Below are positions 1 through 13,025 of a DNA stretch of 64,000 bases, in pieces. The translations under genes were made by a program, and so were the position numbers. The notes under the pieces were generated by a model. That model was given only the letters and a program-made list of their open reading frames with translations. It was not told the origin of the DNA and searched no databases. The stretch lies in NCBI RefSeq assembly GCF_006345805.1, contig NC_043007.1, positions 73,036,001 through 73,100,000 of the forward strand, read 5' to 3'. Numbering within the stretch: position 1 is the stretch's first letter; each line of letters opens with the position of its first letter. This DNA comes from Octopus sinensis. Its lineage: Eukaryota.

Positions 1-118
1 ACTCTGCCAGATCAGATTGCAGTCTGGTGCAGCCATCTGGTTCACCAGACCTCAGTCAAATCATTCAACCCATGCTAGCATGGAAAGCGAACGTTAAATG
101 ATGATGATGATGATGATG
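1..118 (+). mobile_element. RTE-type 3' tail fragment (SINE or LINE end)
   Basis: ccatgctagcatggaaagcgaacgttaaa followed by (GAT)n. The same tail recurs many times in the window. Confidence 0.75.
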
Positions 119-418
119 ACTTCATAAAGCAACCCTTTATTCAAAAATGATATTTGATCACTCACCTGTTTTCAAATTATGACCTCACAGTCTGTTTCAT
201 CTACCTCTACTATCTGAACTGGCTGACTTCCTATCACCCCTAATTTCTCCCATTACATATACTCTGTCTTATTCCCAAAAAGTCCATTAAGCAACTTATT
301 CATGACTGCCACCATCATACAACTACATTACTCTGAAACTCCCACGGATCTTATATCCCTCTCCATCCATCAACCTTTAATAATGTTTTCCCTTTGGCAT
401 TGTTTTAGTTTTGCTTAC

Positions 419-527
419 TTTTAATTTTACTGGACACCGACCGATAACATTGGACACCACATCTTCCATTCTTTGCTCTACATATACATTTTTCATCATC
501 ATTCCAAAATTCATCAAATATTTCAAC
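419..527 (-). CDS. IL17R-like Cys-rich membrane-proximal exon (VEIFDEFW...SSKIK)
   Basis: Acceptor ttcttttttaaag, donor GTAAGC, phase 0/1, 109 nt. C-x-C-x6-C-x3-C pattern. Confidence 0.85.
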
Positions 528-3500
528 CTTTAAAAAAGAAAATAAAAAAATACATCCACTGAATTAATATTGAAATAAACAAACAAAACAAACGAGAGAG
601 AAGCTTCAATACTTTCATCATAACATATCCTTGTACCTAACCTCACATCTTTCTCTCTTTCCAGTTGGAGAAGCCACATGTATTCACCTTTTCAGCAACA
701 CACCTGCTCCTGTACTTCTGTCATACTTTCACTTCCCTCAATACTATACCACACTTGTGATCTCACAAGAGCTGGTGCCACAGAAAAGCACCCAATACAC
801 TTTGTTAAGTGACTGGTATTAGGAAGGACATTCAGCTGTTGAAACCATGCCAAAGCAGATGTAGTTAGTATGTCAGGTGAAATGTTTGGTGGTATTTTGT
901 CTGCCGTTAGGTTTTGAGTTCAAATTCTGCCAAGGTTGACTTTGCATTTCATTTTTTCAGGTCAATGTAATCGACTTAATCCCTTCACCCCAAATCTAAG
1001 GCCTTGTGCTTCCAGTTGAAAGGATTTATTAAAGTAGAAAAAGTGTGACACACTGACATTCACATTTATTATATTAGATATGTTTAATTTGGGGGAAAAC
1101 TTTATTTCAATTAAAGTGTAGTTCATGTGTGTGTGTGTTTGTGTATATGTAGTTTGCCTTATTGGTTCCTGCCAAAATGTCCAGCCTATTCCAGCATGGA
1201 AAAAGAGACATTAAATGATGAGGAAGAGGAGGATGAGGATGAAAATCCTAGCAAACATATACCAATCGCAGGTAGTCTTCAAATTCTGCTTCTTCAGACA
1301 ATAGCCAGTCATCGAATTTGTCTGTTAGAGTCCAAATAACAAAAGCATTGATCAAATCCAAAATTCATTTTAAATGATTCCTCAAAATACCATAAAACAA
1401 TAATATTTTTGATGGAGTTCTAAGGGGGTCATTTCCAACATGTGCAATAAAAAAATCTTGCATAACACATAGAAATTAATTTTTAGGTACTGATATGGTT
1501 ACGATATTATGCAAGATTGGTTATATAGAATGATGAAATGATACTAAACGACGTATTAAAATGATTTACTAACTCCATTTTTGATACCTGTTGTAATGCA
1601 CACTCTATGGATATTTGTAGATTTTCAGATACTTGGAATGATATCAACTCTACATGTGTTTCTGCCATGATGGTTTGTTTTACCAGGCTACACCTAACAC
1701 ATAAATCCACCAGTATGTCCTTAGGCTATTTTTCTTTTTATTATTATTATTAACGGATCCAACTTAATCCTACAAATTCTAAGATATCTTAGGTGAGAAG
1801 ATAGCTGGAAATTCTCATGGGAGAGCTTACTGAGTGCCACAGACCAAGTCTGTGGATGGTGCAAAGTCCCTTCCAGACCTAGAATTACATGGTGGTGGAA
1901 TAGTATGGTAGACAAAGCCATTAGAGCAAAGAAACAGGCCTGGAAAGCCTGGAGGGAAGGGGGTAGCAGGGAACTGTATCAGGTAGCCAAAAGGGAGGCT
2001 GGGCGACAGGTATACATAGCCAAGGGTGAAGCAGAAAAGAGGAAGTTTGCCAATGTCCAGCGACATGAGGACCAAAGATAATTTATGCTATTATCCAAAT
2101 TAACAGAATCCTTTTAGAACATTATAATTTAGAACATTATAATTTTTAAAAATGTAAACAACGACCAATAGGCGCAGGAGTGGCTGTGTGGTAAGTAGCT
2201 TGTTTACCAACCACATGGTTCCGGGTTCAGTCCCACTGCGTGGCACCTTGGGCAAGTGTCTTCTACTATAGCCTCGGGCCGACCAAAGCCTTGTGAGTGG
2301 ATTTGGTAGACGGAAACTGAAAGAAGCCCGTCATATATATGTATATATATATGCGTCTGTGTGTTTGTGTGTCTGTGTTTGTCCCCCTAGCATTGCTTGA
2401 TAACCGATGCTGGTGTGTTTATGTCCCCGTTACTTAGCGGTTCGGCAAAAGAGACCGATAGAATAAGTACTGGGCTTACAAAAGAATAAGTCCCGGGGTC
2501 GAGTTGCTCGATTAAAGGTGGTGCTCCACCATGGCCGCAGTCAAATGACTGAAACAAGTAAAAGAGTAAAAAAGAGAGTAAAAACCAATATGGAGAATAA
2601 CTTACACTTATTTCATAGGTTCCAGGACATAATCCATGAAATTTGTGTTTTAATTTGGAGAGTGTCTGAAGAAGATAACAAAAAAAATTATCTGTAAAGA
2701 ATATATGTAGTTAAATGACATGAAGGTATAAAGTAATTTAGCAGAGCCTCTTCAAAACTGGTTTTTAATATGTCCATATTAAAATAATTTTTTAATAAGA
2801 TAGAATTTTTATTTCCGTTTTCATGTAGAATATGGTAATAGTTGATGACAAAAAGTTTAAAATGAGATCTTCTCTCAGAAAATAGTTTAGGGAAGAAAGC
2901 AATAAGCTTACATTTATTTCACTTGCATCTTTTCAATGATGTTAATCCCAGATAAAATGTTCTGAGAACATTTTAATGAGAGTTTATAAAATCTATATTA
3001 AAAGCCTCTACATTTTCTATGGCAGGGAATTCAAATACATGGTAAATCAGTAAACCAATACAAGAGAATGAGTTCTATGTAACAGATCTCTACATAGAAT
3101 GAATTAACGAATAATATGACTCAAGACAGAGAAATAATTTGCCTTAAAAAAGAAATATTTCTATTTCATTACTGATAATTTACAAATAACACTGCAACAG
3201 AGAAAAATGACAAACCTTGGAAGAATTGACAGCTGCCTCCTTTAAAATGCGTGACTGTCCATCATAAAGTGTTAAATTATACATTTTTATATTACATTTT
3301 GAAGGTCCTTGTTTAAACTGCACAATTAACATATCATCTTTCAATGAATAATCCATTTCACTTAACCATTCACGGCACACTGCAAAAGTAAAGGGAAACC
3401 ATTTATGTGAACATAGTAAATGTTATTAAAGTAGGCCAAGGTTGACTAAATTCAAGCAGAAAAGAAAATATTTAAGGTTACAATTTTCATGTCAATATTT

Positions 3501-6500
3501 GAATGATTGTTGTTCCCACAATATTACAAGAGACATTCCCACCAACAGGCTTCAATACCTTTATTACCAAATCTCATCTTTAACAGTAGCGGTTAACATG
3601 CTCTCTCACATGTCAGAAACTTGCAGCAGAAATGTCTGTGAATGTTTAGAATCATGAACAGCAGAAAGAAGTCATTCTTCCTATTAATATAATGCTGTGC
3701 AATTAGATAGGAATTGCCATGAACAGCCAGTATTAAGTTCCTCAGACATGGCCTAAACATCTATAAGGTGGGGCTGATAATTGAGCCCAGAAGATAATCA
3801 ACTGTCTGTTAAATTGAACTCATTACTAAACTGTCACTATGGTTTGTACAACCCTGACACCATATTCATCTAGCTGTAGCTTCCTTAAGTGCCTACCAGA
3901 GCACAAAGCATGGAATCCTGTCTAAAACATTCTTTGGGACAACAGATGCTACCATCTTTCTTTCAGTCTGTTTAAGATTATTTCTCAGATTTCACTATCA
4001 GGCCATTCTTAGTATTTTTTCTATTCAACCTCCTTACCAATAACCAAAATGTAGGTCTTTATCACTATCTCTCTTCCATCATGTTTCATACCTCCTCACT
4101 CACACATTACTCTGCTTCCCTCTTCTCACTCACTCTTCTCTTACTCTCTTACTATGGTTCTGTCGATGTTATCCCTTTCTTCTTGGTTACAATGTCTAGA
4201 ATAAATATAGAGAGCATACAGATAATTCTTTAGTCTTATCAAAGATATGACAACCTGTCTAGCATTGTTGCCATGATAAAAGGTAACAGTATATTCTGTA
4301 AAGTTGTTGGTGTTCAAAAGAGCATCCAGCCAATGAAATCATGCCAAAAATCAAATGTGATATGGTGAGAATCGTCCTTAGCCCATCTAGGCTGCAGAAA
4401 TTCCAAACAAGAACCATTGACCCTGATGATACAACCCTCTCCAAGATCATGCCAAGAGATCTATAATGGTGGTGGTGGTAAAAATGGTGATGATGCCCCC
4501 ACCAGTTTCCTCCAAGGAGGAGGAGGAGGAGGAGGTGGTGGTGGTGGTGGTGATGATGGTGATGATGGTGATGATGATGATGATGATGCCCCCACCAGTT
4601 TCCTCCAAGATTTTAAATAAATAATAATTTATGGTTCCTTACTGAATGTATCAACTTCCTGAGCAGGAGGATAGTTGTTTCCAGATTCTGGCAATGGATG
4701 AAGATGAACCAAAAGTTCTTTATTTTTTCTTACAGGATGTATTTCAAATTCAAAGTTATGCTGCAAATAAATTTTTTAAATTCTACTAATATAATAGAAT
4801 ATTTAAAATATTGCTCAGTTCAATCAAATTTTATAATAATTTTAATTATATTTAAAAAATTAAAACATTCAGCTATTTTACTCTGTTATCATTTTTACAT
4901 ATTTTTCATTGTCTAAATCTAATCCTCCACAAGGATTATTTAAACAATTCTTTGTCGGCTCATTTATATTAATTTTGATATCATTTGAAGTGACTAACAT
5001 ATTTAGCAGGCATTTTAATACCTTATACCAAAGCTTCTTGCACTTCTCACCTTCATTGACATTTATCATTGTCAACAACATTCATAGTTTTTTTTACCTG
5101 TGTATATTAGAACCTCACTGATTCTCCTCACTTCTGTCTCAATTACTTTTTTCATCAAAAATATTGAAGTCACAATTACCTTTTCTCAATATCTCTGGCT
5201 CTACCATTTATATAACAAGGAATGCCTACTCTTTTAAATACAAGTAAATGTGATAATTCTTCTTTATACACGCTTACTTCAAATCTGTTGTTGATGTTAG
5301 TCTTCACTAAGTCATAGCTAAGAAGCAGAGCCATTACATACATATTACACACGTGTGAACTTAATGAGGAACTTTTCTTCTTTTTAGCTCTTTTATTATC
5401 TTCAATGCTCAACAACTTCTACTTTCTACAGTCCAAGCCAAAAAACATTCACATCTCACTTTAATTTTCCAATTTTTTCCTTCAAAAGGAACAAATATTT
5501 ACCAAACCATTTCGTCAGAAGTCCCTTCCTCCAGCAACATCCAAAATAGAACTTTCACTCCAAAAGTCCACATCGGTCCCTTTGTCTCTAACATTATCTT
5601 TATAATCAACCTTAAAATTTAGTTCAACTTCACCAAGCTAATGAGAGAACTTCTATATGGTTGCTTAACCTACTAAATATAAAAGTTAAATACCCCTCAA
5701 ATCACTTCCCATCCTGTTTCTAAAATGAAAGTATTTGGTAGTGTATTCCTAGAAACACTCTGTATGAATAAAATACAAGGTGGTCAAGACTGAAGTACTT
5801 CTGATCAAAAGTCAGCTAGACCAAGGCTAAAAAATAATTTCATCTCCAGCAAATCAACAATACAACATGCAGGGTCTGTAATATATTCCATGTAGATGAC
5901 CACCTTCCTGGGGTTAAGGGAAGATTCTTTAAAGATAGAATTGTACTCACATTACTAATGGATTTGTTCTTCCTCAGAAATTTAGAAAAGTCCAAAATTC
6001 TACAGATTTTCTTACCAGAATCTTTAAACTCATATTCAATTTTAAATCCTTTTAAATGGGTTAAATCTATTAAAACAAAATAATATATATATAATTTACT
6101 CATACAATGATTCCAAAAATATACATATCTACAGGCTTGAAGATTTTACCAAAACTAACTTGTACAACCACATACAGTGACATAACTTTATAACTATTTT
6201 TAATATTGTGTGTGTGTTTTACTGCTATAAAGAGTATCATACTCACTATATATATTTTTTTATTTTCTACCTTTAATCTTTTTTTTTTTTTGCATATTTA
6301 TAACAAGAAGAAGCAGCAAGAATTTGCAACATTTCTGCCTTTTACAAAAGTCTTTGTACCAAAAGAAAATAAATTTTATTGAGAATCAGAACCAGCTAGC
6401 AAAAAAATTGTCTTATTATTTAGGTCTTGGAAAATGTTATACAATAATAACTGATAAAACATTACAATGTTCACATTTTAAGAACTAGATCTGACATAAA

Positions 6501-9500
6501 ATTTAGTACAGAATCTATATAAAAACAAAATTTTTTAATTAGCTTTAGGAAATGGAATCTTTGTCTATGCAGTAAACATTTTTTGAAGTATATGCACCTT
6601 GATTATAACATAATAATGGCTTATAGAATTTTAGAGAAATTTTCTTACTTGCATTCCACACAGCTTTTATTCCTCTTTTTTCATTTCGCAGGAAATCTGT
6701 TAGTTCAAGAATCTTTGGCTTTTCTGGGTACTTTCCATTAGGAAAAGGTTTGAAAACATCCAAATCCTCCTGACAACCTGAAACATGGAAAATATTTCTT
6801 TGAAATCTATTGACATTATAGAAAAAAAAACAATTTTTACATCATCAATAGCTCTTGGATATGCATGGACATTCCTGTTGTAGATGACAGATGATGGTTC
6901 AGCAATTTCTGCATAAATGATTTGTTTATAAGGATCAAATGTTTGTGCTGTACATAAGCCCCCTCCTTCCATCAAATAAACATTCCATGTACCCGTGTAC
7001 ATGATGCTACACATCAGATATCAAAGTATTGGCAGAGTAACATGAGATGAAGTGTTTGTTTGTTTTTCAAGATCACCATGTGCAACTTGGTCTGGGAATC
7101 AAATCAACAGTTTTGAAATTACAAGGGCAACACCCTCACTACTCAGCCATATGCTAACACTCTTGGATATCATATAAGGAGAAAAAGCATGGAATGAGGG
7201 GCTGCAGCACTTAGTTGAGATAATCAACCATTCTTATCATTATTTTCTAATTTAGTTGATCACATGAAATATGTAAATCTTGTTTAAATGAGTTTATCTG
7301 AATCATCAACATAAAGTTTTTGTTTATAAATTATAGAAACAGTACCATTTATTTTATATTTCCCTACACCCCTCTACACCTACCACTAATTACTTTAAAT
7401 TCTATCAATATATACTCTCTTCACAACTAAACTATGCAATGTTAGAGAGATAGCCTCATTTGTAGATTGCATCTATAAACCCTATCCTATCTACATACAT
7501 TATGGAAGCATCATTTTATACCCAGTTGCCACTGTCAGCCAATTGGTAGAGAAATATATAGTCCTTCAAGTGAAAAACTGATGCAAGATAGAGGGGGATA
7601 TTTAGTCTATCCCAAAACATTCTAGAGCTGCTGGTTATATGATAAAATTAACCTGGTCGACAATGAGGCTGGCAACAGAAAGGGTGTCTAAAGGTGAAAA
7701 CCATGCCAAATAAATGAACAGAGGTGAAGTGGGGCTCACAGCACACAATCCCTCAAGTACCCATGGCATAACAAATTGCAGTCAATCAAGTTTATATTAA
7801 GTGGTTGTGATAGGAGAGGAATCTAGTTGTAAAAAACTTGCCAAAAAGGAGAAAGAAAGGAACAAAGAAAGATTAGAGAGAAGACTTTGGTCCTACATCA
7901 AACAATTTTTCCATTTTCAGTAGCATGATAAAAAGTATCAATGTTGTGGAATGGGTTCTAACAGAAAAAAAACATCCAGTTAGCTGTGAAGACATACTAA
8001 AAATAACATTATGTACTAAACAACAGCAGAGTTGGTAGACTTTATTCTGTTGCTGTAGGTGCTAGGTGATGAAGGAGATTGACATGACACAGTCAAACCT
8101 GTCTAATCGATGGTAAAACACTCACACAAAACAATATTTTTTTACTAAAGAACACTAATTCAGTCTTTGTTGTTTAAGATATTTAAAAGGCTGCAAATTT
8201 ACAATGTCTTCTGACCTTTATGTATATCACAAATAACCTGTCTGACTGTGCATGTGTGTATGTATACACACACACACACACACAGGGCCAGATTTATGGG
8301 GGTGCCAAATATGCAATTGCCCCGGCCCCACCCCTTAATATTGAGAGCTGCTTTCTATGAAGGACATAGTGCACTCAATACAGGGTGGCCACTCCACTTC
8401 CCAACAATCTTGCATGAAGAGGCTAATTATTCTTTCAGATTGTCTATACCCACCAATGTTTAACTATCTCTACCAAACATTAGTTAATTTTGGAGTTGCC
8501 TTTTATTTTATGTAGAGGTATAAAAAAATGAAAAAAAGTTGAAACAAACAAATGAATAAGCCCAAGGATAACTAATAGCAAGACATCTTAATTGCAATCC
8601 ATAATACCCTCTTCCTTCACAAAATGATTAGGGCCATTGCATCTGCAAATGTAACAAAAGTAAAAGTAAAGTTGTATGCTCAAAAATTGCTATCAGATAG
8701 TTTAAAGAGAGATCTATGAAATACAAAATTTCTTCTTAAATTATATCTTTTGAAGTGATTCTGGCACCTTTTCAATTCAATTTAAGTGAAACAATTTTGA
8801 AGAAAAATAATTTTATGGAAACCAAATCCTTAATTTGTAATCCTTGATTTATTGTTTCCCTAAAACTCTTTTCTATTAAATTTTGATTAACTTTGGCAGC
8901 AGGGCTACTTACACAAGTGTAACAGGTATTTGCAAAGTGCCTGTCTTAATATACCTGTGGCAGGGTTAACTGAAGTGATTCTATATTGCTGTTATCAGTT
9001 CCAGCTTCCTTTTATTTCTGAAACTATTTTCATTTGCTTCTATTCAGATTATATATTGTACTCTCAGAATATCTAAGAATGCCATGGAAAATTCAACTGT
9101 CAAGAGCTAAGAAGAGAAAAATTTCTAAAGAAAAAAGTGAAAAACAATGCTGTTGTATTTGCAAATACATGATGCCTTACAGAAATTTTCTTTGCTTCAA
9201 AAAAAGAAAACTCAGAAGCTAATGATGAAGAACCATCATCTACTGTCATGACTAGTAAGATGGCATCATGGGATCCAGACCCAGCCATATGGTTTTCTGT
9301 CTGAGAAAAGTATGTGTCCATGTTCTTTCAGACAAAATCAGCCATATGTCAAAATAAAAATGACTGACTCCTACCCAGAATCTTGACATCATTATCAATC
9401 AGGTGAAGATAAACTGGTTGGGCACTGTTGTTATTTTATAAATTCAATGTTTTATACAATTCATGAAAATGGTGAACTGCTTTTAAGAAAGTGACTCCTG

Positions 9501-12500
9501 TACAGCTCATCAAAGAGTGCAGTTTATTGCTTTTACTATACCTTGACGTCAAGCCAACGTGACAAGTTTTCCAACAAGGAAGGCTTTAACGACTGGAAAA
9601 AAACAGAGAAGAAAATGAAAACACTTGAACAAAGTCAAGGCCACAGAGATTCTGTGTTGAAGTTCAACCTTTTATATAGGGAATCTCGCACCAAGTTGTG
9701 GCTGTGACAATATTTCTAGCTGAAAGAAGTCTAGTATTGAGAGGTTGTGAAGAGATAACAGGCTCTAAACACAATGGGAATTTTCTAGGAATTATGAAAC
9801 TTATAGCATAATTTGATCCATTTCTAATGGGCCACTTGAAAAAATTTGGCAATCCTAGAAGTGGCAAGCAGTCATACTTGTCACCTACCATCTACAAAGA
9901 AATTGCTCTATTAATGGCAAAATATGTCAAGAATTATATTGTTGCAGAACTTAAAACTGCCAAGTACTTCTCTGTTTCTGTAGACTGGACTCATGTTGAC
10001 TAGCTAACAGTTATTGTGTGTTATGTTATTTCTGGTAGAATGGTTTTTAACTTTCCTGCAAACTGGTTCCCACAAAGTGGAAGTACTGGCTACACCTCTC
10101 TCAGAATTCCTAAAAAGAAATAGGGTATAAATTTTGAAGACTGCAGGGGAGTCCTATGACAATGCCAGTAATATGTTTGGTCATTATACAGGAATGCAAG
10201 CTACACTCAAAGAAAAGAATCTGGTTGCAGTTTTTATTCCATGTGTTGCTCATTCATTGAATCTTATCGGGCAAGCTGCTGCTTCGTGCTGTGTCGAAGC
10301 TGTTAACTATTTTGGTTTCACACAAATGTTATACACCTTTTTTTCTGCATCAATGCACAGACGGGCAAATTTAATGAAATTGTTGCAAGGCAATAAAAGA
10401 GCGCTAACTTTGAAGTCTCTGTCAGAAACATGTTGGTCAGCAAGAACTGATGCTACTGAAGCCCTCATTGATGGACATAGTTGCATCCAAAATACACTCA
10501 GAGATGATCTAGAACAAACACCTGAAGCAAGATATGAAGTTCAGACACAAGCAGACAGAATTGATTGTCTTGAAACTGCTCTGATAGCTAAAATCTGGCA
10601 TATAATTCTTGTACAGTTTTACAGTACAAATGAAGTTTTTCAAGGAGTTAATGTTGATTTGAATGAAGTGATTTATCTTATTGATTCTTTGGAAAGCTTT
10701 CTGAAATTGCTTCAAGATAGGTATGAAGAATTGGAGCTTGATGCCAGGAACATGTGTGGAAACACAGAGTATAAAGCAACAATAGATAGATCAAGGAAGA
10801 GAAATAAACGTGATATAAATCTAGCATCAGCCTTTGAAGCAGTTGTCCTTTCTGCAAGAGAAAATACACTCAGAGATATTGAGGACGATGAGATACAGAA
10901 CATTCAATGTCATTTTAGATCAGTTGTCTGTTGCCTTACAAAAATGCTGGGTAACCTATCAATCAGGGCATGACAAGTTTAAAGTCACAGTGGACTTAGG
11001 TAGTTTACCTGATGCAGAAATAAAATCTGAAGCTGTGAAACTTATCACTGCTTTCCCTTGTGATCTTAATGAGGTGTTCATAGAAGAAATTGTACAGTTT
11101 GTAGCTTTTTGTAAGCTCAAGTTTTACCCCATCTCAGCAGGCACTTTTAATCTATAATGAAGGGCTTGCTGAAACCTTTCTTTATATTGATGTAGCTCTT
11201 AAAATATTTTTGAGCTTAATAGTCACAAATTGCTCTGGAAAGAGGTCATTTAGTAAATTGGGTCTGATAAAGAATTACCTGAGGACTACAATGAGAGAGC
11301 AGTGTCCTAAAGACAATACAGTTTGAAGAATTCGTTAAAGATTTTTTGAATGCCAAATGCAGAAAGAAAGATTTTGTGTAGGTATTGAAGTAGTACATAG
11401 CAATAAGTTGGTAATATTTGCTGTAATTAGTTTAGATGACAAAATTTTGCATTAATAGATGCATTTAAACTTACTCTGCTGACTTGTCAAATTCAATTGC
11501 AGGCAATATATGGGTTTTGAGATTTAAATCTGGTGATTTTCATTGATTTTAAGTCTTGTTTCTGAGGAGCCCAATGAAATTGAAGTGCCCCAGGTCCCCT
11601 GTGGGTTGAATCCAGTCCTGCACACATGCACAAACATTTTGTTGAATTTTCTGTCAGTCACTATTTGCTAATGTCATCACCATTGTTATGCCCACTTTAC
11701 CATGTTTGTACCAACACGTAAATTAAAGTCACCAACCTTGACAAGTGGATGTCACAGAAATAGTTCTTTCATTCATCCCTCAATCCAGACTGAGGTGTCT
11801 CAGTAGATATAACCATTGCTTTTGTTTCTCATCTAATTTTAAATTTATTCTGTCACACACTCTCACTACCTCAACCACTCTTTTCAATTTCTACGATTGC
11901 AGTACACATTCTCAACCTACAGTCATGTGGTTACTCAACTAAAAGAATTTTTACGAGTGTTCATTGCCTGTGAAGAGTCTGGCAGAAGCTTCCCTCCCTA
12001 TTAACACTTTGAGCCTGAACACATCTACTTTCTTCTCTCTAAAATCACAACAATATCTTCAGATCTATTGTTCATTACATCAACATTAGTGATGACAATC
12101 CAAATGCTCAGTATCTCAAAGAGAGTTTCTGTGGTGGTGGTTATGATTGGATTGCTGATGTAAAATAATTGAAAAATGCAAAATGATAAATTTTACATTT
12201 CTTTCAAGCCTCTAAAAGAAATAAGGTGCATTAACATGGATAAAAATGATTCTAATATAGTTTTTTAATTTGAAAGACAGTTTAATTAAAATACTTACAA
12301 TCTGTCTCATAACGATAATAAGGTTCCTGAAAAGACAAAAACAGAGATTTTTTAAAAATATTTTATTCCTATGGAATTTAAATTTAGTTAAAACATTTAG
12401 TAACTAACAATGAAAATATACTGCAGTTGTAATCATAATGAAGTCAACTTATAAGCAGAGGTAGAGCTCATTAGTATCTAGGACTGTGATTTTAGGGACA

Positions 12501-12945
12501 TTTGGTTGCTGTTTTTAACAGTTCGAGTAATCTTATAGACTTTTTCTGTTACCTTCATGAAAATGAAATATATGACTGCAAACCAAATCAAGTAAATCCC
12601 ATTTCATAAAATATTGTGCATGCATGTACATATGTAAGTATGTATGTCAGGGGGCATATAATCCAGATGTGCTAAGCGTGTGCTGCATACCCATTCAAAA
12701 TGACAAATTCATTATAAATATTAACCTTACTCAATTTAATCACAAATCTTAATAGAACACTTTTGTTATGCATCTGCATGAAATTTGGTGGTGCTGGGTG
12801 TGGCAGTACACTCAATACAACAATCACCATATGCCACTGATGTATGTATGTATGTATGTACATGTATGAAAAAATGTATGTGTATGTCTATATATAAGAT
12901 GTATATCTACATATAACAATAAATTTTCATGCATCCCATCCCAAG

Positions 12946-13025
<80 letters not shown>

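Noticed and set aside
1590-1700. Exon-like segment [13 protein letters not shown]...I*KSTN, possibly rescued by A-to-I editing of stops
   Set aside because: Two in-frame stops, and a clean alternative (exon 419-527) already supplies the expected sequence; editing rescue has no support.
4878-5415. ORFs 4878..5081 and 5176..5415 as candidate receptor exons
   Set aside because: No phase-0 acceptor with an open frame; exon 4643-4760 fits exactly. The 5330-5640 stretch may be an L1-like zf-RVT remnant but is too decayed to call.
6700-7014. 104-aa ORF adjacent to exon 6649-6777, considered as an extra exon
   Set aside because: Splice phases do not fit the strong acceptor at 6778, and the sequence resembles a decayed SINE body.
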